A stretch of DNA of 64,000 nucleotides, taken from NCBI RefSeq assembly GCF_037042905.1, contig NC_087251.1, positions 38,752,001-38,816,000 on the forward strand. The letters are read 5' to 3'. Position 1 is the stretch's first letter. Every line of letters begins with the position of its first letter. Under the pieces are notes generated by a model that was not told the origin of the DNA, did no database searches, and worked only from the letters and a program-made list of their open reading frames with translations. The DNA comes from Lytechinus pictus. Taxonomy: Eukaryota. The position numbers and the translations under genes are program-made. This document shows, in pieces, positions 1 to 13,644 of the stretch.

Positions 1-255
1 TTCTCCCGGTGTGAAGTTTATATGTGTATAGCGAGTGTATTATTATTTATGTTATCGGCCCCCCGCTTTAGGGGAGACAATCTCCCACATTGGAGACTTG
101 CTTTGCAAAACGACAAAAGAAACAACACCAACAAAAGCATGATTTTTTCCATCCAAAATTTTGTGTCACTGAGGTCAGAAGCCCATTTGTTTTGTGTGTG
201 ATTGACAACAAAAATCCTTATAAAAACAAAAGTAGACGGTGAAATTTTATAGTAG

Positions 256-458
256 ACCTGCGACCGATACGGGTGTAGAGTAAGATATTAAGTCAATCAT
301 CTTTTTCGTTATATTTTTTTTGTTTAATTTTTACGATTATCATGATTGCCATCCCACCTTTGTGACTCGGTATATCTGAAATGGTTCACGGTCCCGATGT
401 TCGGGTAGGTGGAGCAGAGTGTAGCGGTAGTGAAGCTTGCACGAACATCGCCTGAGGT
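256..458. mobile_element. Right-end fragment of the foldback MITE family seen at 55321-56185
   Basis: Near-identical to the reverse complement of about 55321-55515; ends ...GAACATCGCCTGAGGT. Confidence 0.8.
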
Positions 459-914
459 AGGTATAGTATAGCTTTGTTGTCTTTTCCCTTTTTTTGGTTA
501 AAAGAATAAAAACCTATTATTAACGAGACGTTCTTCTCTCTTCTGAGTCTTCATACAAAATTTTGCTCCCGCGCTCTGCGTGGGAAAAATATAAAAATTG
601 CCATTCCCTTTTGTTTCCCCACACCTTTTTTCTACTCTGTTTTTCCCCTTCCCGGCTGTGGGAATCGTATATTCTTGTATACCATGTATGTATACATGGG
701 TGTAAAGAGTATGTATTTTTTCAAATATTGCATTGACACAAAAGTTAGGCTTTTCTGTTAAGAGCGGATAAACATTATTGTCACTCCCCAATTCCCCAAA
801 TGCTACTTCTTCCGCTTTTCAGCAAGTAATTTTTGGCAAAGTATCTGCTCAAAGGGGGAGGCATTAAATTTGTGCCGTGCTATATGCAAAATTATGTACG
901 ATATTATACTTTAT

Positions 915-2934
915 CAGGGTGCTACATAACTTTTTTGAAGCACTTGCCCAGTCGGGCAAGTAAATATTCAAATAGTTGGAAAATACTTGCCCGAATATAG
1001 ATTTCACTTGCCCGAAAAAATCCTTCAAAACAAAGTTTTATTGCTTCAAAAGAAGTTACATATGTATAAGCTTACGGTTTTACATACCATACCATTGACG
1101 GCTTTATTAATATATTTTTCAACATGACTACTGATGAACCTTGTAGCTGTATTTCTTTTTTTTTAATGACTTTTATCTTGTACATCATGACAAAATATAT
1201 GGTCAATATGCTCTTTAATTAATTTCCTAATCTCATATATTTTCCATATATTTTGGAGGGGACTAGGACACACAATAAAAAAAGGGAAAAATCACTGAAA
1301 ATAACCAGAGAAAAAAAAACAGAAATTAAGAGAGAGAGAATGGCTGCCGGGAAGAGAAAGATGGAAAGAAAGAAAGAAAGGAAGAAAGAAAAAGAAAGAA
1401 AGAAAAAAGAAAGAAAAGAAAAGGAACGAATAAAGAAAGAAAGGTAAAAGGAAAGAAAGGAAGAAAGAAAAGAGAAAAAGAAAAGGTAAAGGATGGATGG
1501 AAGGAAGAGAAAGGGAAAGAAATCAAACAAGAGAAAGAAAAGAAGAAATAAAAGGTAAAAGGATAGATGGAAGGAAGGGAAAAAAAGAAAGAAAAAAGAA
1601 AAATAGAATGAAAGACAGAAAGAAATGAATGAAGGAAAGAGATGAAGGAAGGCAGAAAAAAAAATAAGAAAGAAAAGAAAGGATGGATGGAAAATAAAAG
1701 AAAGATCAAAAGAACGAAAGACAGAAATAAAAAAAATCAGAAAGAAAGAAGGAAAGAAAGGAAGATGGAAGGAAGGAAAAAAAGAAGGAAAGAAAGGAAG
1801 ATGGAAGGAAGGAAAAAAAGAAAGAAAGAAAAGAAAGATAGAATGAAAGACAGAAAGAAATGAAGGAAGGAATGAAGGAAAGAAATAAAGAAAGAAAAGA
1901 AAGAATGAAAGGGATGAAGAAAGTAAGGAAGAAAAAAAAGAAAGGAAGAAAAGGTTAAGAATGGATGGATCGACAGAAGGAAAATGGTAAGAAAGAATGA
2001 AAGGAAGGGGAAAAAGAAGGAAGGATTAAAGAAAGAGGTAAACAAAGTTGGGATGGAAGGAAGAAAGAAAAAAGATAGAAAAGAATGACAAAAAGAAAGA
2101 CAGCTATAGTAACAGAAAAAATGAAGGAAAGAAGGGAGGAAATTTAAGAAATAAAGAGAGATTCAAAAGAAGGAAAGATTGAAAAGGAAAGATAGGCAGA
2201 AAGAAAGAAAACAGAGAGGAAGATAGCTCAAACTATCTAGTCATCAATAAAGAAGAAAATTTATCAATTGCCTTGGCTAAAAAAAAATAGTTTAATACAA
2301 AAGAAACCACGTTTATCAACATACACACAAATGCATATATGTGGGACTGTCAAACAATGTATTTCATTCGATCATTCGAAACCCAATCTTTTTGAAGCAT
2401 AATAGAAGTGAAAATTTCTCCTTTTACTGCTTACAAATGACAGAGCTACCCCAATTTTTTGGAAATATGGACATTACAAGAGTTTTCATTGGTAAGAAAT
2501 GTGAATTTTGACAGTTCTGTTGGAGATTTCTTCTAGAGCAAACTTCGTTCGTGCAGCACCGTAGAAACTTTAACTACATGCATGGGCGCGCTGCGTGGAC
2601 TAGGCGCTAGCTAGCTAGGTATGCTAGACTGCCATTGATGATTCTGTGTGTGTGTTTATTGCAGAAAATGGCGCAAATTGCAAATTTTGCAATTCGAATC
2701 ATGACTTAAAAACTTTTTTGAAAGAAGAAATTAATGATATGGCTTTTTTTTGTCTCTTTCTTTTCTATATTTTTGATGGTAAAATATGGGGAATCTTTCT
2801 AAAATATAGTTTCTATATGAGAATTTTGCTTGCCCGATTCGGGCAATTAGTTTTTGTCTTTGCTTCAAAACACTTGCCCGACTCTAATTTTTACTTGCCC
2901 CGGGCAATCGGGCAAGCGCTTATGTCGCACCCTG
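915..2934. mobile_element. Non-autonomous hAT-like element containing a polypurine tract
   Basis: Termini CAGGGTGCTACATAA / TTATGTCGCACCCTG; repeated subterminal CTTGCCC/GGGCAAG motifs at both ends; CTTTAT on both flanks. Confidence 0.7.
1270..2225 (+). repeat. Degenerate (GAAA/GGAA)n polypurine low-complexity tract
   Basis: Almost only A and G on the + strand for about 950 bp. Confidence 0.95.
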
Positions 2935-3595
2935 CTTTATTCTATATCGCTGCACATCCATGCCTTGTTTTCCAAAAGAAAGAGGTTTCCGCGCTTCACG
3001 AGCATGGGAAATAAAAAGTCCCTCTTCTAGCTTGCATCATCCTTTCCACATTTTGAGCTTGTTTTTCTTCTTAATCGAATTATATTAATCTAAGAAATAT
3101 CAAATTTAGAACAGGTTAAAGTTTCAGAGAATTTTTTTTAATATTCGCGGGAAGGAATATAGCGCCTATTTTCTTCCTGTATATAACCGTCTTCTACTCT
3201 GTTTTGTGACTCGGGTTAAAGAAATTTAATGTGGATACACTTTTTACAATCAAATCTGATGTGACCAAGGTAGGCATAATCATTTCTGTTCTATATTTTT
3301 ATAAAACTTTTTAAGCTTCCACGCTTTGTGCGGTAAGAGGAATTATTTCAAATTCTTCAATCTTTACCCATTTTTGGGGTGCTCATAATTTCTTTCGAAA
3401 ATAATTTTGTTTTAATCATAGCAAGTCAATATTTAAGTTGATAAGGGTACTAGAGACGCCTTCTTTTGATTTGAATTTGATGAGATATCGAAAACTTCCT
3501 GCACCCTCCCCCCTAGGGAGCGCGCTCTGTAAGTGTTGGCAGGCTTCGCCTGCACTTACCGCCCCCTCCAAAATTAAATCCTGGCTACGCGGTTG

Positions 3596-3678
3596 ACCTC
3601 AAGTGATGTTTGTGCAGGCTCCACTTCACAACCGCTCCACCTACCCGAACATCACGGTGGTGAACTTGCTCGGATATT
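3596..3678. mobile_element. Left-end fragment of the same foldback MITE family
   Basis: ACCTCAAGTGATGTTTGTGCAGGCTCCACTTCAC...CCACCTACCCGAACATC matches 55315-55390. Confidence 0.7.
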
Positions 3679-6600
3679 TATTTATTTATTGTAGGTTCCA
3701 CTAGGGGAGTATTCAGCATTTTCTCTATCAAACTCAAAGTCACTACATTATACATATCATTGCGAGTGCGTCAAGCGTGTCCGTTGATCCTACGAAGCCC
3801 CCAATAATGCATCCCTCTTGACTGATAATTTCACCCTAAATTGGGTTATTTCAGGTAGCTATAATTTTTTCAATTAAAAAAATCGTAAATTATTTGTCAC
3901 TAATTATTTAGGAATCTATATGTTTGAATGGCTTACCTTTACTTGTCCTTTGAATGGGAAAATGTCGTAATTTGTCCTTGTATTCCACATGAACTGTGCG
4001 GAGTTTATGTGTATAAAGTCAATGGGGAAATTCAAAGTTTTGCACACGCGACCTGTTACCATGACGTCACCAGGATTGTGTGTGAGCGAGCTAAGTTCTT
4101 GATTTGGGGGCGGCGCCCTCCAAAAATTTGACCAATAAAAATTCTGCATTTGCTGCATCTAGCACAATCTTTCTATTAGGAACATTCAGCCCCCCCCCCT
4201 CAGTTACAAATGTTAAACACGTGTAATCGCCGTGATACAAGGAGAGATGTTTTGGAAGGTCTTGTGTGTGAGATATTGTACATTGCATAATGGCGGTATA
4301 TAGTTACTGTGTCGTGTGATACAGGGAATTCTGTGCAAGGATGTATACACTTGTGTGTGAGAAGGTCTGTAACCAAGATAGTGGCATGGGAATAATGGAG
4401 TTGGAGTGGATTAAAAGACTGCATGTGTAAAATAAAGCATGGACCTGTATGTGGCAACTGTACACTCGATCTTGGGGCTAAATTATAATAGGGGAATCCC
4501 CCGGTGTGTAGCTAAATACTGTCCAATTAGTAATCAATTGTTTATTTAGGCCTACTAAAGTATATTTTGTTTATTAAGAAATCAATGTTTTAAATTGCAA
4601 TATTTACGCACAATATATGTATATGCACTCTCACAATCACACACATTTAAGATTTTATTTGTAACATATTGATTGTTGTAAAATTAGGATATGATTTGCC
4701 TAATTGGAGAAAATTTTCCCCAAAACGTATGTATCTCCTATCTCTTGAATTTCAATAATTATTCTGCCAATACCAAAGAACCTTTTTACACCCCCCAAAA
4801 AAACCATGGAAATTGGAGGCCAGTGATATGATTGAGCGGAGAGTTGGAAAAAAAACATGTTTCTCAGAGAAAGTCCCCCCCCCCTCCCGCTGACTTATAC
4901 ATCCGTAACCTGCTTATTATTGGAATATTTTTCAAACACTTCATCTTATCATCATGCCCTGTCATGGGTGAATAGATAGTTCAAACATAGACCTTCTAAA
5001 GTGATGGTGCGTTGACAAAAAAGCCACGCTATTCTGGGGCTTTTATACCAATGCAACCCGATATAAATAAATAAGGTATCCAGTGCGACTGTCAAATTGA
5101 AATTACATCTGATATCAAGGGATGTGCCATATATTGATTTATTTTACCCGGGGAGGGGGCCTACATAGCTCATTTACATTTCTTGAATTGTCTCCTTTCT
5201 CCGCGATGAGTCTCATCTTCCTTACCTGGGATATTATGGAGGATCGATGGGGTGGCCCTTAATTACCCCTTCTATATAGTAGGGGTCAGGGATTGGATTC
5301 TAATTAGGGTGGGGTAAGGGTATTATCATGTAACAATGATCAGACGAGAATACTCACTTTTTAATTATTATCTATTTTTATTTTTTGTTTTTTGTTAAGT
5401 GAAAAGAGTTGCCCCCTCCTTCGGTGTCCCTGGCCAGCGCTGGTGAGTTTTCCAAAAGAAAATATTCTGAAGGTTGCTATGGGGAACTCTTCATCAATGT
5501 TAAGATATGACATTATTTCACAAGTCATAATTATGATTTATGAACATAATACAAAAAATATTACATCAGAAGAATTAACATGACGTACAAATCAGACATG
5601 GCATCATTTATTTAAATTGAATAATTAATACAGCGATTTAAAACATGAGGGAACCTGCATTAGAAAGCAACGTTTTATTCAGTCAGCAGGATCCAAAAAA
5701 TATGAACTCTTCATGTAGGACAGCACAGTAGAAATGATAATTTGATTACGTAAAGAAATGCCAAAATATTACAACTGTCGGTATTTAAAGAGTGTACTTC
5801 AAAAGATCAATGTAGAAGGGTGTTGACAACAAATAGAAAGTAATTTACAGGGATTTTTCGGAATAAGGAGGGTGTGAAAGAATTTGTTTCTGTGAAGTTG
5901 CCGTGGTGTTGACAGACATGAAACAGCCTATCCGATAAGGTAAACCAGACATTCCGTCGGCATCGGTGGGAACATTTCATGAGATAAAATGGCAGTCATG
6001 ATTTTTTTTTTTAAACGTTTTCACTTCTGATTGGGTCAAAGCATTCATGTGCTGACCAGTGAAAAGCACCCCTTTCCATTGATCTTTTGAATGAACCCAT
6101 GATGGGTTAGTGTGTGTTCTAGCCTGAATTATATAACACGAGAATACCCCCGGGGATCCCTGAGCTGGTCGTACCCCCTGCCTTTCCGATCCAGGGAATA
6201 CTCCAGATGGACAAGAATCATCCATTACAATTTATAATTATTAATATGTACCGGTAATTTAAATTATATTTACCACTGCGGGAATGTTCAAACCTTATTA
6301 ATGTATCTTTATGTTATAAAGAGAGAATTCGAAATAAACATCCCCTAAACCTCAAATTATTTTAAATTGCATTATATACATAGATGAATTTTAAATGTTC
6401 TTAATAATTTGATTCTTTTCCATGAAAACATTTTTTTTCTCATACACTGACCCCCCCCCCCCTCTAAAAAAATAATGCATAAAGATATGTCCCGGTGTAC
6501 GTCGTTATATATACAGAAATAAGATCACTGGCTTTTACCATTATCTGAGACTTTTTTTTTTTTAAAGCTTGTATAGAAAATAACAAACGGATTAAGGGGG

Positions 6601-7069
6601 GGAGGCTGCCAAACCCCAAATCCTAACAACTTAAACTTTTCCTTCAACCCTGATGTCCCTCAACGCCCCCCTCCCCCTCTCCCAAGAAAAAAGATAGTTA
6701 CCTCCCTGTCCCTACTGGGGCATTCTCCCGCAAACGTATTTCTTTGATTCCACTTGAACAAGCATTGCTTGCACTCAGAGATGCCAACCGTTACGGATTC
6801 GCCGTATTTGTTCCGATTTTATTCCTCCAATTACGGTGTTACGGCAACAATAAAAAGGTTACGGAAAAAACAACTACAATACATGTGTATTGTGTATTGG
6901 TGCTGTGCATGTGTATATATGCGTTTATTGTGTATTGTGCATGTATATGCGTGTATTGTGTATACATGTATCGTGCATAGCGCATGCAGCGTGTGTGTGG
7001 CCAACGGTAAACCAACGGGAGTTTCTCTACTATAATTTACAAACGCGCGCACTGCCTACTACGTTCATT

Positions 7070-7669
7070 GAGTTATGCTTTTATCAAGGCTTTCTGATTA
7101 GAATTATCGATATCCTGGCCAATCAATGCGAGCGACAAGTTCCGAACGCACGCACATAGACAAGCACAAATCAGCCGCACGAATCGCGGTATAATAGCGA
7201 CTGGTAAATACGACTGTAAAGATGATGACGTCATCCAAGATGGCAACTTACGATGACCAACGAAGGAATCGAGGATGACTAAGTTTTGATCATCATTTGA
7301 AAGGAATTAGCGGTAACTGCGGTCTAAGGTACGATGTTTCTGAATTTTATATATTTTCTCGTAAGTTTGGATGTAATTATTTTTTCATAATGTGACATTT
7401 GATGTACCAAAAACGATCCGAAAATCGGGTTTCCGCCGAATGTTAGATCTAACGTTACTGCTGCATGCTGATACGGAACTCGGGGAGCTCCGGCCCGAAA
7501 AGCGGTCCGGAGCTCCTTGGGTTACGTACGTATCAGCTAGCCCAGAGCTCCCTGGGTTAGCTGATATGTTGTCTTAATGTACAACAACTCTTCAGTCTAT
7601 GTATTGGTGAGTGGAGCCAACGCGGTTCAGCTGAACAACCAAAATACAGAGACTGAAGCTTTTGGTCTA
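7070..7669 (+). repeat. Promoter-like dispersed repeat, copy 1 (inverted twin at 50910-51419)
   Basis: Colinear reverse-complement similarity over about 500 bp; GGCCAATCA, TGACGTCA, CAAGATGGC, donor CTAAG|GTACG at 7328. Confidence 0.85.
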
Positions 7670-10513
7670 GCGTTCAATGAGAAACACACAACTAACTACC
7701 GTCAGTTTTTCAAACCTAATTGACTTCAGAGTCATCGATCACAACAAGGTAAGAAGCCACTTGGTCCTCCCCCCCCCCCCCCACCCTCCTAATTTTTTTT
7801 TTTTTTTTTTTTGCTTGTCCAATTTTTTACCTGTGACATGTGTCCATCCCAAAATTAAAGGTGGACCCCCCTAAATTTTTTTTTCTTGGACACTGTCCCG
7901 GCCCGCGATGAGTTTCAGTATTTTTGGAGGACACCTAGTGGCATCCCTGTATAAACGATGCTACTTCGCGGGTTGTTCCTGAGAAACTCCCATTTGTTCC
8001 TGACAAATATGGTAAATATTCCTGACAACCATCCCTTTAGGTTGGCATCTCTGTGCACTGACCAGAATAAAAAATCAATAAAACTGCATGGTTGCATGAA
8101 ATTTTGGGGAGGGATTGATCCGATTGGGGAGGAGTCGAGGAGACCCTTATTCATTTTGGGGGGAGGGGGGGGGGAGGTTGGATTAGGAAAAGGTTTAAAA
8201 AGTCAATATAAAACTGATAAACATATATGTAAATGTGTGTATCTTGTCAGAAAAAAAATCCATACCGTATGTGTAAAGTATGCAATATCAAATTACTATA
8301 GGAATACATGTAGCTTCTGCTACCCCCCCTGAGCAAGTAAAACGTTTATTTCTTATCTTTTGATAATTTGATGTGAAGTATAATGACACTTTTATGATTT
8401 TAAAGTCTTACATGTAAGTACCAAGAAAATCATGCCTTTGAAAATCATATATGTCAGTTACTGACAATGTTCAAAGAAAAGAAATTAAGATTTTTTTTTT
8501 TTTTCATGAAATGTTCCTAGGAACTCAGGCATACTGCCACATCAAACTCACTTTCATGTGAAGCCCTGCAAAGAAGATACAATGCAGTGATTCCACATAT
8601 TTGACTTTCATGTGTTATCTCTCTGGCAAAGTGTAATGTCAGTTACCGTAACACCAGTTTACCAGCATGGTCCTGGAAAAATTATCATAGCCCCCAAAAG
8701 ACAATTACAAATTATTTAATATTTTGACACATCTTAATCTAGTAATGAAGGTATATTTACATATTCAACTCATCAATCTATCTAATCAGGGACATAAGAT
8801 ATTTCAATCTTACTGAACTCCCTAAAATAGCATGTCCTTTTTGCGTAATGTCAGTTACCGACACATTTTGGCTCGCTGATGCATATCAAATGTGGTTGCA
8901 TTGAAGAACTTAGTATCGGAGTATACAGCAAGGTTCACTTAATTAACTCTATCAAAAGCAAACTCCCATCATTTGTTGTTGGAAAGATACACACAATGAA
9001 AGGTGCTACCGTGTATGTATGTCTTTATGTATGTATTTTTTGTAAGCATTTTCTTATCTTTTTAAATTTGTTTTTATGTATTTTTTTTTACTCATCTTTA
9101 GAAATGTATGTATTTTGTAAAAGACAGATAATGTAACTTAAAAGGCAAACATAAAGTCACCAGGAGGTCACCAGCTAGTTTGATAAAAAAACATAGGAGG
9201 GGTAAAGGCCATAACATACAGAAGGGTGATGTTTGTTACTGTCAGACTGGTATTAATATAGCTTTGTCCTTGTTGACTGCAGGAAAATGCTGCATAATGA
9301 TCATATATGTAGATTATGTTGTCTTGGAAGTGTTCTGTGATTAAGTAAGGAATATCAGCAATTAAAAAAAAAGGAAAAAATGATAGATATTATTATAATA
9401 TTACATTATAGTGTAAAAGTATAGTGATGTGCCTTCTTCCGCTCTAGCTCTCTGTGTTCTTTTTACCTCAACTCATCCTTACCCTCTATCTTTCTTTCCC
9501 ATATTGCTTTCTAATTGTAGCTCTGGGTTAAATTATTGTTCTCCATTTCATACACAATTTTCTGTTATAGATTTATACCTGATTTCCATCTGTTTGTTTA
9601 AGATTTGTATTTTCCATTTGTATTGTATATATGCTTGTATTTTGTTTTGTTTTATGTTATACAGGGCCCCCAAGTACAACAGTATTTGACTACTGATGGG
9701 GTTACCCTGTTTAAATAATACCAAATAAATAAATAAATAGATAAATAAATAGAGGTAAATTGAAAAAGAATGATAATCTATTGGATGTTTGTTTGATTTC
9801 TCAGAATCACTTCAACTATTTTCACCCCCTTTCCAAAAATTATAACTTCCCTTTAAAAAAACATATTTCTTGAACTTGGTCATTGTTGCTGATTATTGTT
9901 TTGTTATATTTGATTGAAAATTTGTTAATACATTAGAAAAATGAGTCAGGATGAGTATTTGTAGAATGAACAAATGAATAAGAGCAAACCCTAGATGAGA
10001 TACAACCGGGGGGGGGGGGGGGGGGGGGGGGTTACTCAATAGATTTTTTACATCAAGGTTTCCCCCCCTTTATTTACTCTTTATACCCAATTTATTATCT
10101 TCATTCTTGTTTTCTTTCCAAAGGAAGTTTCATAACAAAAGAAAATTAAATGAGAGCAGAAGGTTGTATTATGTATTTCAAGAATTATGTAAAAAAAAGA
10201 AAATACATCTTCTTACCCTAGCTACCCGCTACAATCCAAAACTGTACAAAAATGCCAACTGTTCCTTTTTGGGCTGCATTCATATTTTATTTCTTCTTCC
10301 CTTGTTTTGATGAATAAGTTATTCTTTCTATTGTTCCCTCTTTTACTTGAATAAGGCAATAAATAGTTTGTATGTTTTGTTATTATGAATTTCTGATCAT
10401 GGAGTATGTGCCACATTTAAGTCTGCTTACTGAAGACTCAGTTGTAGTGCCTATGCCTATTAAGAAAGTATTGTATTTGATATTATCAGATTTATTAAAG
10501 AGTGTTTGGCTAA

Positions 10514-11113
10514 AGGGATGGTCCGGGCTGAAAATAGTTATATCTAAATAAAATAAATAGAATAAAATTCACAGAGCAATATGCTGAAAATTTCATCAAA
10601 ATCGGATAACAAATAACAAAGTTATTGAATTTTAAAGATTTGCACTATTCCGGTGAAACAGTTCTAGGCATGTCTTTATGAATATTCATTAGGTGGGCTG
10701 ATGATGTCACCCACTTGTTCTTTTGTATTTTATTATATGAAATTAGGATTATTCAAAATTTTCTACCAAGAACTAAAACAATGGGATTGACAACTGATTA
10801 AGTGCACTAGTTATTTATTGCTGCAACTTATTTTATCATAATGGAGACACATGTATCATTTACACATGTATGAAAGAATAAAACATTTATGATTTCATGT
10901 AATAACATAAGAAAAAGGAAAGTGGGATGTGACATCATCAGCTCAGCTAATGAATATTCATGACCATGTGCATATATAACTGTTTTCACTAAATATTGAT
11001 AAACTTAAAAATTCAATAACTTCGTTATTTGTTATCCGATTTTGAAATTTTCAGCATTTTGCTCTGAATATTACTCTATTTATTTAGAAATATTTTCAGC
11101 CCGAACCATCCCT
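10514..11113. mobile_element. Kolobok-like MITE, family 2
   Basis: Termini AGGGATGGTCCGGGCTGAAAAT / ATTTTCAGCCCGAACCATCCCT, CTAA/TTAA flanks, long imperfect inverted arms. Confidence 0.75.
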
Positions 11114-11699
11114 TTAATAGTATACCTCCATACAAGGTTATACATAAACTTGTCACTGCAACCACCATGCACAATGAGATGGTGAAATAAGTTTTGAAAT
11201 AGATTTTCTCTTGATCTAGTAGATATGACATAGTCATTTCCTTCTTTTACAGAACTATTTATCTCAAAGTAATGGATAGCTGTTGAACAGTATTGTTGGG
11301 TTTTGAGAGTGTGTTCAGTTTGCTTTGCACTTTTACTGTAGTGTCTCTTGGCCACAATTGTTGATTTTGACAATTGCCTACTCAATCATGCATCAAATCT
11401 GAGTATTAATCATTACCACAAACTGACAAACTACCGGTATACATGTGCTTACACTCCATGAACTTATGTGGTTTATTTTTTTATCATTGAGAGTGATTTA
11501 ATATGTGGTTTGGTTACCAATGAGACTAGCATTTTGATCTAACTTGAATGACCATGAAATATTTACATGTTGCAATAATATTCATCATAATATGTCTAGG
11601 ATGCATTTAATATGAAATTGGTAATTGTCTATGTTACTTGATAATTCCATGTTATTTTCTTATTCATTATATTTCACTTATATTCAGTGACAAACTTGT

Positions 11700-11915
11700 T
11701 TATAATAATATGTTCATTTATATAGCGCTCTTACAATATATCATCGTTTCACAGCGCTTAACACAATGATTGAAAAGAAAATTATAATAACTACTGTAAT
11801 ACATGTAAATATTATTGATTAAAAAGCAGAGTCTTGAGATGTTTCTTAAATACTTCCAAAGAAGGAGAAAGTTGCATATATCTTGGAAGGTCATTCCAGA
11901 GTCTTGGGGCACATG
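11700..11915 (-). mobile_element. L2-type LINE 3' end fragment
   Basis: Minus-strand CAPRLWNDLPRYMQLSPSLEVFKKHLKTLLF followed by an AGCGCT...AGCGCTATATAAAT tail typical of L2. Confidence 0.7.
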
Positions 11916-13532
11916 TCTGTAATTTTTTTATTAGATGAGTTCACTTGTTAATCTGTCATTCAGTCAAGTACTCAATTGATTGATTTAAAGATCCAATCCA
12001 CCCAACAGCTAGTTGACTGTAATAGACAGAGAATATATCAAACAAACCTTTTGCTGAAAACGTCAACAAAATTTGGTTGTTGTTAAAGAAAGTTATGACA
12101 TTTCAGTTATGACTTTCTTGTGTGATGTGCATTGCAAGGAGCCATTGATGTTACACACTCAGTATTTGTTTTTTTATTGTGTGAAAATTTTGATTATTTT
12201 TAATATTAAGAAGCTTATGATTTGATAAATAAAATATCAATAATGACCATGATGTAAAAACTTTCTACTTTTTATTTTAATCATGGTTTATAATTTGGTA
12301 ACTATGGACCACTTTCCATCATATGATGGCAACCATCAGGCTCAAACAACAATCAGAAAAATTAATCTATCTGTTTTAGATTGAGATGATGTTGTGTGGT
12401 TGAAAGAATTGAAATATTTCAAAAAGAAAGAATGAAAAAAAAAACCCTGAAAGTTTACAATCTGATGACATCAAAATAATCAATAGTTGGAAAGGGACAG
12501 AATTTCAGCACAAGTTTGTTCAGCGCTTACCCCAGGAGCTCCCCCTCCCCCTACTACCACTTCCCCATTTATTAAGGTCACTTTGTATTCAGAGTAAAGT
12601 ATTGCCCTGTTCATGCCTTTAATAAATCCATGGATGAAAATATAAAACTAACTTACCAACCGATGCTTTCACAATTCATACATTTCATAATACACACATA
12701 ATACAAGTTGCCCCCTTATTTGACTCTACATGTTCACCTTCATATTAATCCTGAGAAATTGGGCGACCACAGCATACTCAATACCATGCATTAATTACAA
12801 TGAATGTGTTTCAATTCAAAGTGATTGCGAACCTCATTTAAACACTCGGGCAATTTACCACATTGATCCCTTTTTTCCCTCAACTTGGGATTCCTAATTC
12901 AGTTCAATATTTTGTTAATTTTTTTCATCTCTTTATCATTACCTGTACATGTGCTTTCTTGTATGAGGGGGAGAATGGTTGAACCACAAGCCTTTTTGAC
13001 AATGCGTGTATTATGACATGCACATAGTTATTTGCATATTTTACAGTCAGAACTGAGAGGTGATCAAAATACCTATCAGACTAGTCTGCAGGCACAGACC
13101 CTTTGCTTTTCACAATTTGCATATCGCATCATGCAGAGTCTGAAATAGTGAGACTAGATTTACTATGTACTGTGGATGGCTCTTAGTTTGGCATCTAGTC
13201 TTCACTCCAGACATGGTATATCATCATCATCAATATGTACGGGAGGGTAGGTAGTCCTGTAGATCTCCCGGTCGTAAACACTCGAAGCATAATTAAAAGT
13301 CTAACAAGTACAGTGCGAGCGTGGATGTCAGACAATTTCAAAGTGTTTGCTTGACCAAAAAGAATCTAATCCGTGTTTAAATGAGTTGATGCTGGAGGAC
13401 ATTACTAGTGTTGCAGGCAAACTATATAATTGGTTTAATGTGTCAAATATGAGTCTGTGCTTGCAGAATACTTTCAGACCTCTCTAAAATCGTCTAATGA
13501 TTTAAAAATGTGTATCTTATTTTATTTTTAAG

Positions 13533-13644
13533 GGCCATTTACTAGGAAATGTTGAAAATGAAGAAGACGAGGATCATGTTGTATTAGAAAGACCAATGGA
13601 CACACCAGCAGTCGTAGGGGCTGTGTACAAGCAAAATACTCTTG
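13533..13644 (+). CDS. GALNT7: GALNT7-like exon (stem region) [38 protein letters not shown]
   Basis: ttttaAG acceptor, G|GTAAGC donor, open frame; phase 1 joins the next exon to give LGNYE, like LGNFE in GALNT7. Confidence 0.75.

Noticed and set aside
22..201. Possible GALNT7 signal-anchor exon (MCIASVLLFMLSAP...)
   Set aside because: The hydrophobic stretch is too short, there is no basic cytoplasmic tail and no convincing in-phase donor.
1219..2045. K/E/R-rich and F/S/L-rich ORFs
   Set aside because: Translations of the GAAA simple repeat.
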